The notes under the pieces: model-generated
Database searches by the model: none
What the model was told of the DNA's origin: nothing
The model's input: only the letters and a program-made list of their open reading frames with translations
DNA from: the human T2T-CHM13v2.0 reference genome, Homo sapiens
Assembly: GCF_009914755.1 (NCBI RefSeq)
Contig: NC_060936.1
Direction: 5' to 3' (one strand)
DNA: 64,000 nt
Program-made: the position numbers and the translations under genes
In this document: positions 1 to 11,709 of the stretch, piece by piece
Layout of the letters: the number at the start of each line of letters is the position of its first letter
Position numbering within the stretch: position 1 is the stretch's first letter

Positions 1-149
1 ATATGCACTTTCATGTGCTGGTGGATATTTTGAAAACATTCCCTCATCTTGAGATTGCTTTTTTCCCAAGTACGCCAACCTTCCCAGTCAAATTTTATTC
101 CTTACACCACCTTAAGATGGATCATGGCTCTGATAGGCTGAGGTTGCAT

Positions 150-1175
150 TCCTATCTTCAGTCTTAGAGAGACATCTGTTTACTAGAGCCTCATATTTTC
201 TCCAGTTTCATTAAATCTTACATCATGCAAATCATATATAGACATCCCAAACCTAACATGTAAAAAATTGAAGTATTTATCCTCCACCCCAAATCTTTTT
301 CTACCATAATGGCAACTTCCTCTTTCCAGTTGCTTATACTAAAATGTTGGAAGTCTTGATTGACTTCTGTCTTTCTCTCAGACCACTTATTCCATGGCTA
401 AGAGAATCCTCTTGGCTCAACTTATAAATGTTTCTAATATCTGATAACCTTTCCCTATGGCCAGACTTACTATGAAGGTCCAAGCCACCACTGAATCTCA
501 CTGAGCCACCTTCTAACTGTGCTTTCAGCTTCAACCCTGGGCCTTTCTATTTCCATATTGTGGGCAGAGTGGTCCTTTAGAAATGTAAGCTATATCAGGT
601 CACTCCTCTGCTCAAAACATTCTACTGCATCCCTCCCCACTAGCAGAAAAAGCCAAACCCCTTAGAATCGCCTAACAGTTCCACATGATCTATGCTCCCA
701 TCCATAACTCTCCACTCCTCATCGTCTCCTGCTTTCACAGGCTCACTTGGCTCTGGTTCACTGGTCTTCTATTTGTTCTTCAAATACAACATGTACAGTC
801 CTGGCTCAGAATTTTTGAATTGGCTTTTCTTCATTCTCCTTAATGGGCCTCACCCATAAATGCATGTAGACCCTTTCCAAATCTCCTATACATATTTGAT
901 CAATTGTCACCCTACCAGACAGGACCATCTCCACTACTCTGTTGAAAATTATAATTTCTCCGTCTCTTTTCATCCCCTTCCTTGCTTTATTTTTCCACAT
1001 CACCTTCTAATAAACCACAGAATTATTGTATTTTATTTTTTGTTTTTCTTCCACACTAGATAATAAACTCCACAAAAATAGGACTTTTGTCTATTTTTTT
1101 CCACCACTGTATCCAAGCATCTAGAATTGGGCCTACTACATCATAATGATAAATATTAGTAGAGTGATGGATTGC
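150..1175 (+). mobile_element. L2 (L2a-like) LINE, 3' portion
   Basis: Degenerate match to the L2a 3' region (e.g. acatcccaaacctaacatg; ccagttgcttatactaaaatgttggaagtcttgattgacttc) and an L2-type terminus near 1050-1175. Confidence 0.8.
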
Positions 1176-1489
1176 AATGCTATATACTTGCTTAGGAAAA
1201 TCTTTCGAAGGGTCTCATTACAAATATAAAAATCCTGCCAAAAACAAGAACTTAAGATAAAAACATACATAAAAGGTCATAGTAATTCTACTGCCTAGAC
1301 ACAGCTCATTAAATATGCACCTAATTTATCTATTGCCATGATGGAATTAATATAAGAGGAGGATAAAAATGAGAAGAAATATATGGAAGGAAAGATAAAA
1401 AGAGGGTCCCAGAAAGAGGAAGAGTCCATAGCTACTTAAACTAATTTAAATAAATTAGGATATGATTTAAAGTCTACTGACCTAATTTC

Positions 1490-1665
1490 TCATATTAGCT
1501 CTTCTTTGTTGCGTGACATATAATTTGCAATTTTATTACTTTCTCTGTAAAATGAGGCTCATAAAACCTAACTCTATAAAGCTTCCGTGAGAACAAGATG
1601 AAATGAGAAATAATAAGTGTCTAATATGGTGTCTGACATATAGAAGACACTCAAAAATAGAAGTT
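1490..1665 (+). mobile_element. MIR SINE fragment
   Basis: MIR core tctgtaaaatgagg...aaatgag...gtgtctgacatatagaagacactcaaaaat. Confidence 0.7.
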
Positions 1666-1848
1666 GTACCTGGTTTCCTATATGTGTTTATGTTTCCCAG
1701 GTCTCTCTGCAGAGAGGGCCTAGAAGCTGCGACACTCCAGGGCCAATGAATACAACTAATGCTCGGATCTTGATTTCCAATATCATTCTCCAAACAAACA
1801 AACATATAAACAGCTCCTTGAAAAAAAATACTAATTCTAGACTTGGGC

Positions 1849-1876
<28 letters not shown>
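1849..1876 (+). repeat. Poly(A)28 mononucleotide run
   Basis: 28 consecutive A counted directly. Confidence 0.95.
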
Positions 1877-1879
<3 letters not shown>

Positions 1880-2029
1880 AGATAAGCTTAGAATATTTTG
1901 TGGGGTCAGAAAGCAAGAAGTTGTTAAAATAAAAAAAAATGAAAAAAAGCAGCAGCAACAGAGGTAGATGAGGGGAGGGGGGATGGTCATAAGAAAATAG
2001 GCAGCAACCTGAAAGACTTTTCATTAGCT

Positions 2030-3040
2030 ACCTGGATCAATTTGAATATTAACATAAATAATGACAGTATTGATTATAACCAAAAATATAAAACACATAC
2101 TCATGAGCCTATGTTGATATATAAACAAATGATTGACTGAGTAACTAAACAGAGGAGAATGGAGAGACTTTTCTAACAGACCAATTCCTGTGAATAAATG
2201 TAGAAGGAATGAGGGGACTAGAAACTCACTGTTAGGATACCACAGCAAGATCCACTGATGGATGTTAAAATTAGTGGGCAAACCTTTAAAAAGAAACAGG
2301 ATATTTGCATAGCTTCAAGATACCTCACCCAAAATGTTTACTAATGACTATGATGGCTTTAACTTACATTTACAAAGTCTTTGGAGCTTCTCCTTCCAGC
2401 AGGTAGAGTTTAATTCTTCTCCCACTTGAGTGGGATTTAATGACTCACTTTAAAAATATAATTTTGAAATGAAAAACCAGTGACTTTACAGCAGAGAAAC
2501 CTGCCAGCACCATTACCAAGTAATCATGGTTAACATTACTAGTAACAATAATGCATATTGCTATCATAAAAAGGGCACATCAATTCTACGGTTTTGTTCC
2601 CCAAAGTCCAATACCCTAAGTCTAATTAAGAGAAAATATCAGACTAACTCAAATTGAGGAGCTTTCTACAAAATATCTGACCAGTACTCTTCATAAGACT
2701 CAGGTCATGAGTGACAAGAAAAGACTGAAGAATAGTCACAGATCAGAAGAAATTAAGGAGATATGGTGACAAAATGCAATGTGGTATCTCAGATTGGAAT
2801 CTAGAACAGGAAAAGGATGTTAATGAAAACACTGGGGAAATCTGAATAAAGCCTATAGTTTAGTTCATTGTATTGTATCAATGTTATTTTCTTGGTTTTG
2901 ACAACTCTAGTAAGGTTATGTAAGATGTAAACAACAGGAAAATCTGGGTAAAGCCATAAGAGAATTATTTTTATTATCTTTGTAATTCTTATTTAAAGTT
3001 AATGCCATTTAAATTATTTTAAGAAGTTAGAAAAAAATAA
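2030..3040 (+). mobile_element. Old L1M (L1MC3/L1MC4-like) 3' UTR fragment
   Basis: L1MC 3'-end motifs: gatccactgatggatgttaaaattagtgggc, aaatgcaatgtggtatctcagattggaatctagaacaggaaaagga, gaaatctgaataaagcctatagtttagtt. Confidence 0.75.
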
Positions 3041-3267
3041 AGTTGTGATCAAATGAGATAATGCCTGTGAAAATATTTATAAATACTATAATGTTATTAT
3101 TATAAGCTAGGCACTATTATTATGTAAATAGTGGAAAGCAGTGTTTGAGAAAGTGATAGTGTGCTTAAACTAGTCAACAACTGTATAATTTGAATTGACC
3201 AGTCCATTTAGCCAAATCAAACAATTATCCTAAATGTAGACATGGCATAAGTTTAAGTGACAACAAT

Positions 3268-3796
3268 TGTGAGGCCAACTTCCAAGATAGTTCTGGAGGA
3301 TCCTCAACTCTTGGTCGTTACACCTTGTAGAATCTTCCCTCACATTTAGCAGGGTCAACCTCTATAATTAATAGAACAATGAGGAAATGACTTACTTACT
3401 ATTGTGTGACTTCCAAGGCTAGGTCATTAAGGACATTCTAATTTCCATTTTGCAGTCCTGGCTTGATCATTCTGGAATAAGTCAGCCACCATATTGTGAG
3501 GACATACAAGCAGTCCATAGAGGGGTCTACTGGGGAGAAATTGAAGCCTCCTGCCAACTACCAGCATCACGTGAGTAAGCTTTCTGGGAAGCAGATCCTC
3601 CAGGCCAAGCCAAGTCATGAGGAGATGTAGCCTCAGCTGACATCTTGACTGTAACCTCATGAGAGATCCTGAGCCAGAATCATCCAGCTATACCACAACC
3701 AAATTCTTGACCCAAAGAAAATGTGAAACAAATTCTTACTGTTTTAAGCCACAAAGCTATTGGGTAATTCTTATGTTCCAGTAGATAACAAATACA
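3268..3796 (+). mobile_element. MLT1 (MLT1F-like) MaLR solo LTR
   Basis: TG...CA termini; 3' motif gttttaagcca...gtagataacaaataca; 5-bp TSD ACAAT/ACAGT (1 mismatch). Confidence 0.85.
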
Positions 3797-4289
3797 ACAG
3801 TCTTTGAAAAATAAGCAATAAACATTTGTGTAGGAGACCAGGGCCTAAAGCCATTAGTCTCAAAATAGAAGCAAATGATATTCTGTCATGAGCCTGATGA
3901 GAAATGTAGTAGACTCTTTGTTTTCTTTCTTTCCTATTCTTTGTTTTATTTTTATAATAGTCCAGGTTTACATATATTTAGAAAGTAGGTTTTTGCTACT
4001 TTTCTGATGCAGCATTATGCCACAAAACAGAAGGAAGCATGGCAAACTACAAGGAGGAGATTAGAATTGATGTTATTTGAATACAACAAAGACAGCTTGC
4101 ATAGGACATGCCAGTAACAGGAAAGACTAGCACTTGAAGGATTTGTTTCTCTGTGTGGGAGATCTTTTTATTGCTGTTGTTTTGTTTGTTGGTTATTTGT
4201 AATCATCAAAATATCAAGGGTCCCTTTCTGGAAATATTAGTCAGAAACCACCAACTTGATATTTTTCCACTGAGAATTTGAGTGGAAAA

Positions 4290-4410
4290 AGGATAGGGTT
4301 AGGATTTAAAATTCTGGCTGCTGCTTTACCACCTCTAGATATGTGGTTTGAGGGAGTCTCAAATTCTTCTATCCTAAATGCTTTCACTGGTAAAATGAGG
4401 ATGTATAAGT
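4290..4410 (+). mobile_element. MIR/MIR3 fragment
   Basis: Degenerate core ending gtaaaatgaggatg. Confidence 0.45.
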
Positions 4411-6329
4411 CAAAGGCTAAGTTTTCTGGAGCTTTCTAAGTTCTCAGAACTATTTTAGAAAATTAAAAGTGTCATATATGTTGCTTCTTTTGAATGAAAT
4501 AATTTAGCTGCAATGCCTCCCTTAATTCAGATAAAATATGGTAATGTTCCAGAATAATCATTTATTGAACACAGTTCCCAAGGAAACAGGCACCACCACA
4601 GTATTACCAAATATGTAAATGTTATAAAGCTATATCTGGTGGCTGCAAAAACAAACCTTTGTCTCACTGAACAACCACTATTTTGTGATGCCGAGGTTCT
4701 ACATTTTATCCTACATAATTCTTCCTGGAATTGATATTTTAAAATTGAGAAGCAATTTATTGTGCTGCATAGCCCTGCTCTATTGGCCCAGGCCAACATT
4801 AATGACACATTTTAATAGAAAAATGGGCAGTTGGGCACCTACACTTTACCCGGTCGTGGATCATTTTTGGCAGCTGTGCTTTTTATTCATCAGTCTGATT
4901 GAAACTCCCTTCCTGACTGAAGCAAATATATTCTCCTTTGTTCAGGATTTCCATAAAAGGCGAAATGGAAGTCTTTGCACACAGGCTGTCGTGCCTGAAT
5001 AAATTTATTTTCCTAGGCTTCCAGCCATAACAGTGAGCAAACAAATGCCACTTACCTACATCTTTATGTACACCATAGGATAGCAAATTTATAGAGTTAA
5101 ATAATGCTCATTTATTTTGGCTTCTTTCTTCTCTGTTTTAAATTACTGCCCAAACTTGCGTTTTTAAATCTTTCTCTCATAATTTTAACCTTTACCCTTG
5201 GGCTAGTTGGGCAATATATGGCAGTGTGTGTGTTTGTCTCTGTGTGTACACATACATTGTCTATGATGTTATGGGGTGGGAGGACCGGGCTTTCTTTTTA
5301 ATCCTCTTTCTTTATAGAGAACAGACCTCAAAGGGTTTCCTTTCCTAGCTTCTTCACTTCTCTTCCAAGCATAATGATTCTAGACAGACTGAACAACTGA
5401 CCAGTGATCCATCGTGTTTTTAATCATTTACAGTCTGATTCCTGCACAGCCGTGCCTGATATTTGGTTTTGAAGAATGCTTTCCTGGGGAACACATTCAA
5501 TCCAGTATTTCTGAGCAATAAATTACTCATGTTTGGGGGCCCTCGACAGCCTATATTACTTTGCCCTGGTTGAAAATAATAGACAATTTGGAACAATGTT
5601 CCCTTTTGAATTAAAATACAAAGGGTTAGATTCTTAGGGTTCAAGATGATGCGTAGGCTCTCAACAGACTGGATACAAATCTCCCCAAGAGAGGAAAGAT
5701 TTGGAGGGTGAGGAGGCGAAGACATAGGGTAGAGGAGACAAAAGCATGAGCATTTGTACAGACACATTACTTGTTTTTTCAGGGTTGAAAAACTCATTTC
5801 GCATCCCTCACTGTCCCAGATGTTCAGTCATCTATATAGTTATAGTTATACTAACAGGAGGCAGAACAGAGCTCTGTGCAATGATTATGATCATCCTGAA
5901 TCATCTGGAAGAACTCTGTGGTCTATGTAATTGGTGAGCTAACCTCTATCTATCCCCAACTGGGAGGTTAGGGTAAGGGAGTTGTAATGGTTGGCATTAT
6001 GGATAGATCTTAGGAGAAACTGATTTTTAGCTGAAAATGGATCTGTTTGCACATTGGTACAAATTAATCAACATTGATTAAATTGTCACGCTATAGTTTA
6101 AATACTTATAAAAGAAAGAAACATGTGTTTTCATATGTGAGCGTGTATTTACACATAGGTAGTCCCCAGAACAGAAAATAATCCCAAGGTGAGGATGAGG
6201 TTTAGAAATGGGAATATCTTTTGCCATATAAATAGTGCATTTTTAATAAATAGTGATTAGCTTTCCATGCTAAACAAAGGTGACCTCAGTTAAACTAGAG
6301 TTTAAGATTTAGATAAGATAACTGTCCAA

Positions 6330-6900
6330 GAGGCAATATACTATAAGAGTTAAAAATCAGAGGTGTTTACTTTTGAGTCCTGGCTCCCCTAGTTGTTGGG
6401 GCAATTGCTTTGGAAACGTTCTGTGTTTTCTCTGAACCCCAGTCTCCTAGACTGTATTCTACTGGGGTCAGCAAACTATGGCCTATGGGCCAAATCTGGC
6501 CTGTTCACTGCTTTGGTACTACTTGTAAGCTTAGAATGATTTTTGTATTTTTAAGTGTTAAAAAGGTCAAAGAAAGAATAATGTTTCATGACCTGTGAAC
6601 AGTATATGAAATTTAAATTTCATGGTGGATAAATAAAGTTTTATTGGAACATGGCCATGCTCACTTGTTTGCATACTATCTGTCTGGTTTTTATGTTGCT
6701 TTCATACTACAACAGCAGAAAGTTACAATAGCGACCATATGGCCCACGGAGCCCAAGCTACTTAATCTAGGGTACCTTACAGAAAAAAGTTTGTCTACCT
6801 TGTTGTGATGCTTACCTTGCAGCATTGTCATAGGGACTGAATGTTATATAAAGTGTTTGTCACAGGGAATTGCAGTGAGGAAACAGAGATAATGCTACTT
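6330..6900 (+). mobile_element. MIR split by a MER58 insertion (pieces ~6330-6461 and ~6803-6900)
   Basis: 5' half ttgagtcctggctcc...tctctgaaccccagtctcct; 3' half cttaccttgcagcattgtcatagggactgaatg...aaagtgtttgtcacag. Confidence 0.6.
6462..6802 (+). mobile_element. MER58B-like hAT-Charlie non-autonomous DNA transposon
   Basis: TIR-like ends ctggggtcagcaaact ... agtttgtctaccttg; internal aataaagttttattggaaca; 341 bp. Confidence 0.85.
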
Positions 6901-7709
6901 GTGAAAATGAGTGTGGCTGTGTGGGAAGACTTCAAAAAAAGACAGACAAAAAGACAAAGCAGAGAAATAATTTCAGCATACTAGAGTCTTTCTTCAGTTT
7001 ACAAGAGTGCATGATAATGTCAAACGGTATTTATAGAAAAAATGGAAATGTTCCAATTTTGTCAATCTATTTTAATCTACTAGCAACTGGACTATAATTG
7101 CTGATAGCGAATTCAGCATCCATTTCAGTAAGAAGTAAAATTGTGCCATAGATAATACTTCCTTACTAGTTATTGTTGTTCTTATTATTTAATATTTTAT
7201 AATGACAATCTATTTAAATAAATAGAGGCACATCAATATGTCTAACAATTAAAATATACATTCTAAGGATAGTTTTCATGGTCAGATGCTTCATTACTAA
7301 AGTAAGGATGATGAATGAAATGTAAGAATACTTTCCATGACAGAGGTTCTTTTCCTGTGTTCTTAACAATAATGAAAGCTACCCTACATTTAGTGCTTCC
7401 TCTGTTAAGTGCTATGTGAACATTTATTTTTAGTTTTAAACTGGGACTAAGGATAGCTAATTCCACGGATTTGGAAATTTCATACATATAGCGACCAAGA
7501 GAGAGCATGATGGAACCCTGTGGAATGTATCCTCCTCACTCCTCAGCACTTTGGTGGGGCCACAAGGGGCCTACAATCAAGCCAGAAACTCACCTCTAAT
7601 GGAAGCATCTAGCTTTGCTTCGAAATAAATTTCTATTGTAATTGTAATGTTATTATTAAATCAATACCCATAGCAATATTGGTAAGAATACCACTACTAA
7701 CAGTAATGC

Positions 7710-8325
7710 TCACTTATTGGTTCATACACAAATAATTATGGCCCACAATGTAGCAGACACTGGATTAGGCTCTGGGTACACAGTGGGAAATAAAACAATG
7801 TCTCCGCCTCATGCATCTTACATTTAATAAGTGGAGGCAAAGAGAAATCTAATAAAAACTAGAAAATATCAGAAAATACTAACTCCTATGATTGACTATG
7901 TCATCAGGAAGTGGAGAGCAACATTTTGATTGGTGGTCAGGGAAGACCTCTCCAAGAGGTGATATTTAGGCTGAGATTTGAGTAACCAGGCTTCCTCCAT
8001 ATAAATATTTGTGAGAAGAGCATTCCAGGGCGAGGAAATGGCTAACGCAATGGCCTTAAAGTAGGAATGAGTTAGATATATTCAAGGAAATGAAAGCAGG
8101 CCAGCATGCCTAGAGCCTAGGGATTAGTGAGAAGAGACAGGATGTCAGAATGGGAGGCAGAAGAAACATTATGTAAAGTCTTGTAAGACATTTTAAAAAT
8201 GTGATAGAAAACCATTGGAGAATTGTAAGCAGGAAAGTTGCATTATCTAATCTGTACTTTTTAAAGACATTCTGGCTACTGGATGGAGAATGGATTAGAG
8301 GAATTCAAGAACATAGAGACACTAG
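7710..8325 (-). mobile_element. L2 (L2a-like) fragment
   Basis: Antisense L2 motifs: gtggtcagggaagacctctc, gaagagcattccaggg, ttttaaagacattctggctact. Confidence 0.8.
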
Positions 8326-8368
8326 AGTCTCCAGATATGCTGTTGGATTAAATAGAGAATATAGGGAA

Positions 8369-8862
8369 TGTGGGAGTCTTTAGTGTCACTGGTCTCCAGC
8401 TGGTCAAGTTTCCTGGTATCGATGCCCCTTGTATGGTGTCTTCCCTTTAAATCTGGCCTGTCCCTAGCTATGACTCACTGGAACCAAAATAAAGTGATCA
8501 CTTTTGATGGCAAAAGTGATGTTATACCACTTGCAGGCCTAAGCCATAAAGGGACCTGGTAGTGTCTACTTCTGTGCTGTTGGGATCCATGAGCTGCTTT
8601 GTAAGAAGGAGAGGTCACACGGAGAGGGAGAGAGTCAATGGAGTGAGAGAATATGAAACCTCCCCGGCATCCTGCCTAAGCCAACCCCAGAAGGTCTTTC
8701 AGTGAAATGGAAACATATAATAAGTACCTGTTTGCAAGACTATCACAATAACCTCCAAATGGAGATGATTCTTTGCTGAAGAACTTTGAACAAATAAAAT
8801 GATTGTGGGTTTAAGCCATGAGGTGTTGGGTTGTTTGCTGTGCAGCAAGAGATTACAAAAAA
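8369..8862 (+). mobile_element. MLT1 (MLT1G/H-like) LTR
   Basis: MLT1-type body and 3' end tttaagccatgaggtgttgggttgtttgctgtgcagcaagagat. Confidence 0.65.
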
Positions 8863-10250
8863 ATTGAAATAAAATAAAATTTTGGCTCAAAGTCAATCAC
8901 GTGCCACTGAAAATAAGTGAAATTTATTTGTTTTGGAATTAGGTGGTTCTTTCATAATTCTTTCACTTTTCAGAATATAGTGATTACTGAAAAGGTGGTA
9001 AAAAACTTGCTGTTGGGGACTACAGATAAGAGGATGTGAATTGTGTACTGGTAAAATCATTAGGGAAACTGCCACCTGCAATAATGTGAAAGAAAGAAGA
9101 TGTGCCTAAGGAACTTGTGGATATGGCGAAGGAAATTCCTCAGCAGAACATCGAAAATACCATCTGGGTTCATTTAGCTGCTTATGATAATGTATAGGAG
9201 GACTGAGATGAGCAAAAAAAGGGGCTGTTCCATTTTCAAGCAGAATTTAAAAGAAATACAAATGAACCAGGAAATGATGGGTTGAAAATGAAAATTGTTT
9301 CTCATCTCCGTCTTTCCTGTGAAAGACTATAAAAGTAATAAATAGTCTCAGGGCAAAGATCAAAGCTAGGACTCTGCCAATAAAATATAGCCTCAGGGTA
9401 AAGGTCATATGAAAAGGGACTATAAGACCTCTTGCTGTGACCTCAAAGAAATTTAAGATTGCATCTCAGAGATCATCTCATGTAGATAAAGGGCTTTAAG
9501 AATCTTAAAGGTCTTGTCCAGAAGACCCTTATTTCTGCTTAGCCCCCAGTAAAGTGAAACCTGTCTCAAAGAAAGAGTTCTGTGGGTGTGGCTTGGTCTA
9601 ATGGCATAAACTACAATAAGAATTTATAAGAAACTCAGAAAGCTTTTAAGAGAATTGTATTTGTGGAAGTGTTTCCAGCTTTGATTGAATTAAACACAAG
9701 TCATTTACCTTGAAAAAAAAGTGCCCGGCTCCCAAACTTTTATGAGCAGAAAACAGACTGAGAAAACTACTTAGCTGCAAACACAGGCCATTTCTAAAGA
9801 AAAGGAGGGTGACTTACGAAAATACATGGAAAACCACTTGCAAAAGGTAGAATGGAGCCCTAATCGAGGGCTGGAAAACAGGGGCTTGATTGGAATTTTT
9901 AATTGTAATTGATTAGTGACTTCTTTGGGCCTTCTATTTGCTGGTTTTGAATTGCAATTATCCAATCACAGTGTGTGTGTGTGTGGAAGGGGTAAAATGG
10001 GGGAGCTGAGGGAAGTCAAGTAACAGGTCTCTTAGTTCACGAATCTTCAAATCAAGAGAAGCCATTCTCAAAAAGCTGCAACTGAGAAACTTTTTCTGAG
10101 AAGCTTCTTCTGATCCCATTCCACCTCAAACAAATTTACGTGATGAAATATTCTGGACTTGAACCTAAACCTTACCTTATAATGGGATAAGATTGGGAAA
10201 GCATAAGTTCAATCTGAATGTGGGAGAATTGTCAATCATTAGGGCCTAGA
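8863..10250 (+). mobile_element. MLT1 internal (MaLR-int) sequence
   Basis: MaLR-int motifs gtgcctaaggaacttgtggatatggcgaaggaaattcctcagcagaac and a pre-LTR end tgaatgtgggagaattgtcaatcattagggcc. Confidence 0.6.
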
Positions 10251-10254
10251 AATT

Positions 10255-11700
10255 CCTTTTTAGCTCATTCCTCCTCCCCTCCCCCAAATTTCTGACAACC
10301 ATCAATCTTTCTACTATCTCTCTAGTTTTGCCTCTTCCAAATGTCATATAGTCGGAATCATACGGTATGCAGGGTTTTCAGACTGACTTCTTTCACTAAG
10401 TAATATGCACTTAAGTTTCCTCCAAATCTTTTCGTGGCTTGATAGCTCATTTATTTTTATTGCTTAATGGTAGTCTGTTCTATGGATGTATCATGGTTTA
10501 TTTATCCATTCACCTTTCGAATGACATCTTTGTTGCTTCTAGCTTTATGGCAATTATGAATGAAGCTCTTCTAAGCATTCATGTTTAGGTTTTTGTAAGG
10601 ACAAAAGTTTTCAACTCATTTGAGAAAACACCTAGCAGCACATGGCTGGATCATATTGTAAGACCAAGTTTAGCTTTGTAAGAAACTGCCAAACTACTTC
10701 CCAAAGTGTCTGCACCATTCATTGTTCCCAACATCAATGAATAAAATTCCTGTTGTTCCACATCCTCACCAACGTTTGATATCGTCAGTTTTGTTTTTGT
10801 GATTGTCAATTCTTTGGGATGTTCTACGGAGGTCATGTAACCTGTGGACAATGACAGTTTTATTTTTTCCTTCCCAATCTATTTACCTTTCATTTCCTTT
10901 TCTTGTCTCATTGCATAAGCTAGGATTTATATTATGATGTTGAATAGGAGTCATGAAAGGGGCAACCTTGCCTTGTTCCTAATCATAAGGGGAAAGCATC
11001 TAGTCTCTCACTATTAAGTATAATGTTAGGTGTAGGTTTTTTGTTAATTTTCTATATCGAGTTGAGAAAGTCTTTCTCTATACCTAGTTTCCTGAGAGTT
11101 TTGTTTGTTTTGTTTTAAATCATGAATGGGTACTTTTCTGTATCTATTGATATAATCATATAAATTTTCTTATTTGGCTTGTTGATTTGAGAGATTACAT
11201 TAATTGTTGAGCCAGCCTTGAATATCTGAGAAAAATCCCACTTAATTACATTGCATAATTCTTCTTCTTCTTTTTATTTACTTATTTATTTTTATTTTTG
11301 ACACAGGGTCTTGCTCTATCACCCAGACTGGAGTGTAATGGCATAACCATGGCTCATTGCAGCCTCAATTTTCCAGGCTCTAATGATCCTCCCACCTCAG
11401 TCTCCTGACTAGCTGGGACCATAGGCATGCACCACTATGCCTGGCTAATTGTTTAAATTTTTCTAGGGATGAGATCTCATCATGTGGCCCAGTCTGGTCT
11501 CCAACTCATGGGATCAAGCAGTCCTGCCACTTTAGCCTCCCAAACTGCTGAGGTTCATAGTGTAAGCCACCGTGCCCAGACAATTCTTCTTATATATTGT
11601 TGGATTTGAGTTCCTAATATGTTGTTGATGAATTTTGCATCTTTATGAGAGATATTAGTCTCTAGTTTTCCTTTTTTGTACTGTCATTTTCTGGTTTTAG
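10255..11700 (-). mobile_element. L1MC/L1MD-like LINE-1 (3' UTR plus ORF2 pieces), internally deleted and interrupted by AluJ
   Basis: Antisense L1MC1-like 3' UTR (ttttcagactgacttctttcactaagtaatatgca; gcttgatagctcattt), followed by RT-region sequence after ~10800. Confidence 0.8.
11267..11581 (-). mobile_element. AluJ (AluJo/Jr-like), full length
   Basis: Alu dimer with J-type motifs (gacacagggtcttgc, gctcattgcagcctcaa, gatcctcccacctcag); TSD AATTCTTCTT at 11257-11266 and 11582-11591. Confidence 0.92.
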
Positions 11701-11709
11701 AGGGTCTGG

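Noticed and set aside
1536-2024. 162-aa ORF (and the overlapping 73-aa poly-Lys ORF)
   Set aside because: Built from the poly(A/T) run and a MIR; low complexity with no domain.
5048-5060. Perfect minus-strand splice donor AG|GTAAGT
   Set aside because: No convincing upstream acceptor or recognisable reading frame; such an 8-mer is expected by chance in 64 kb.
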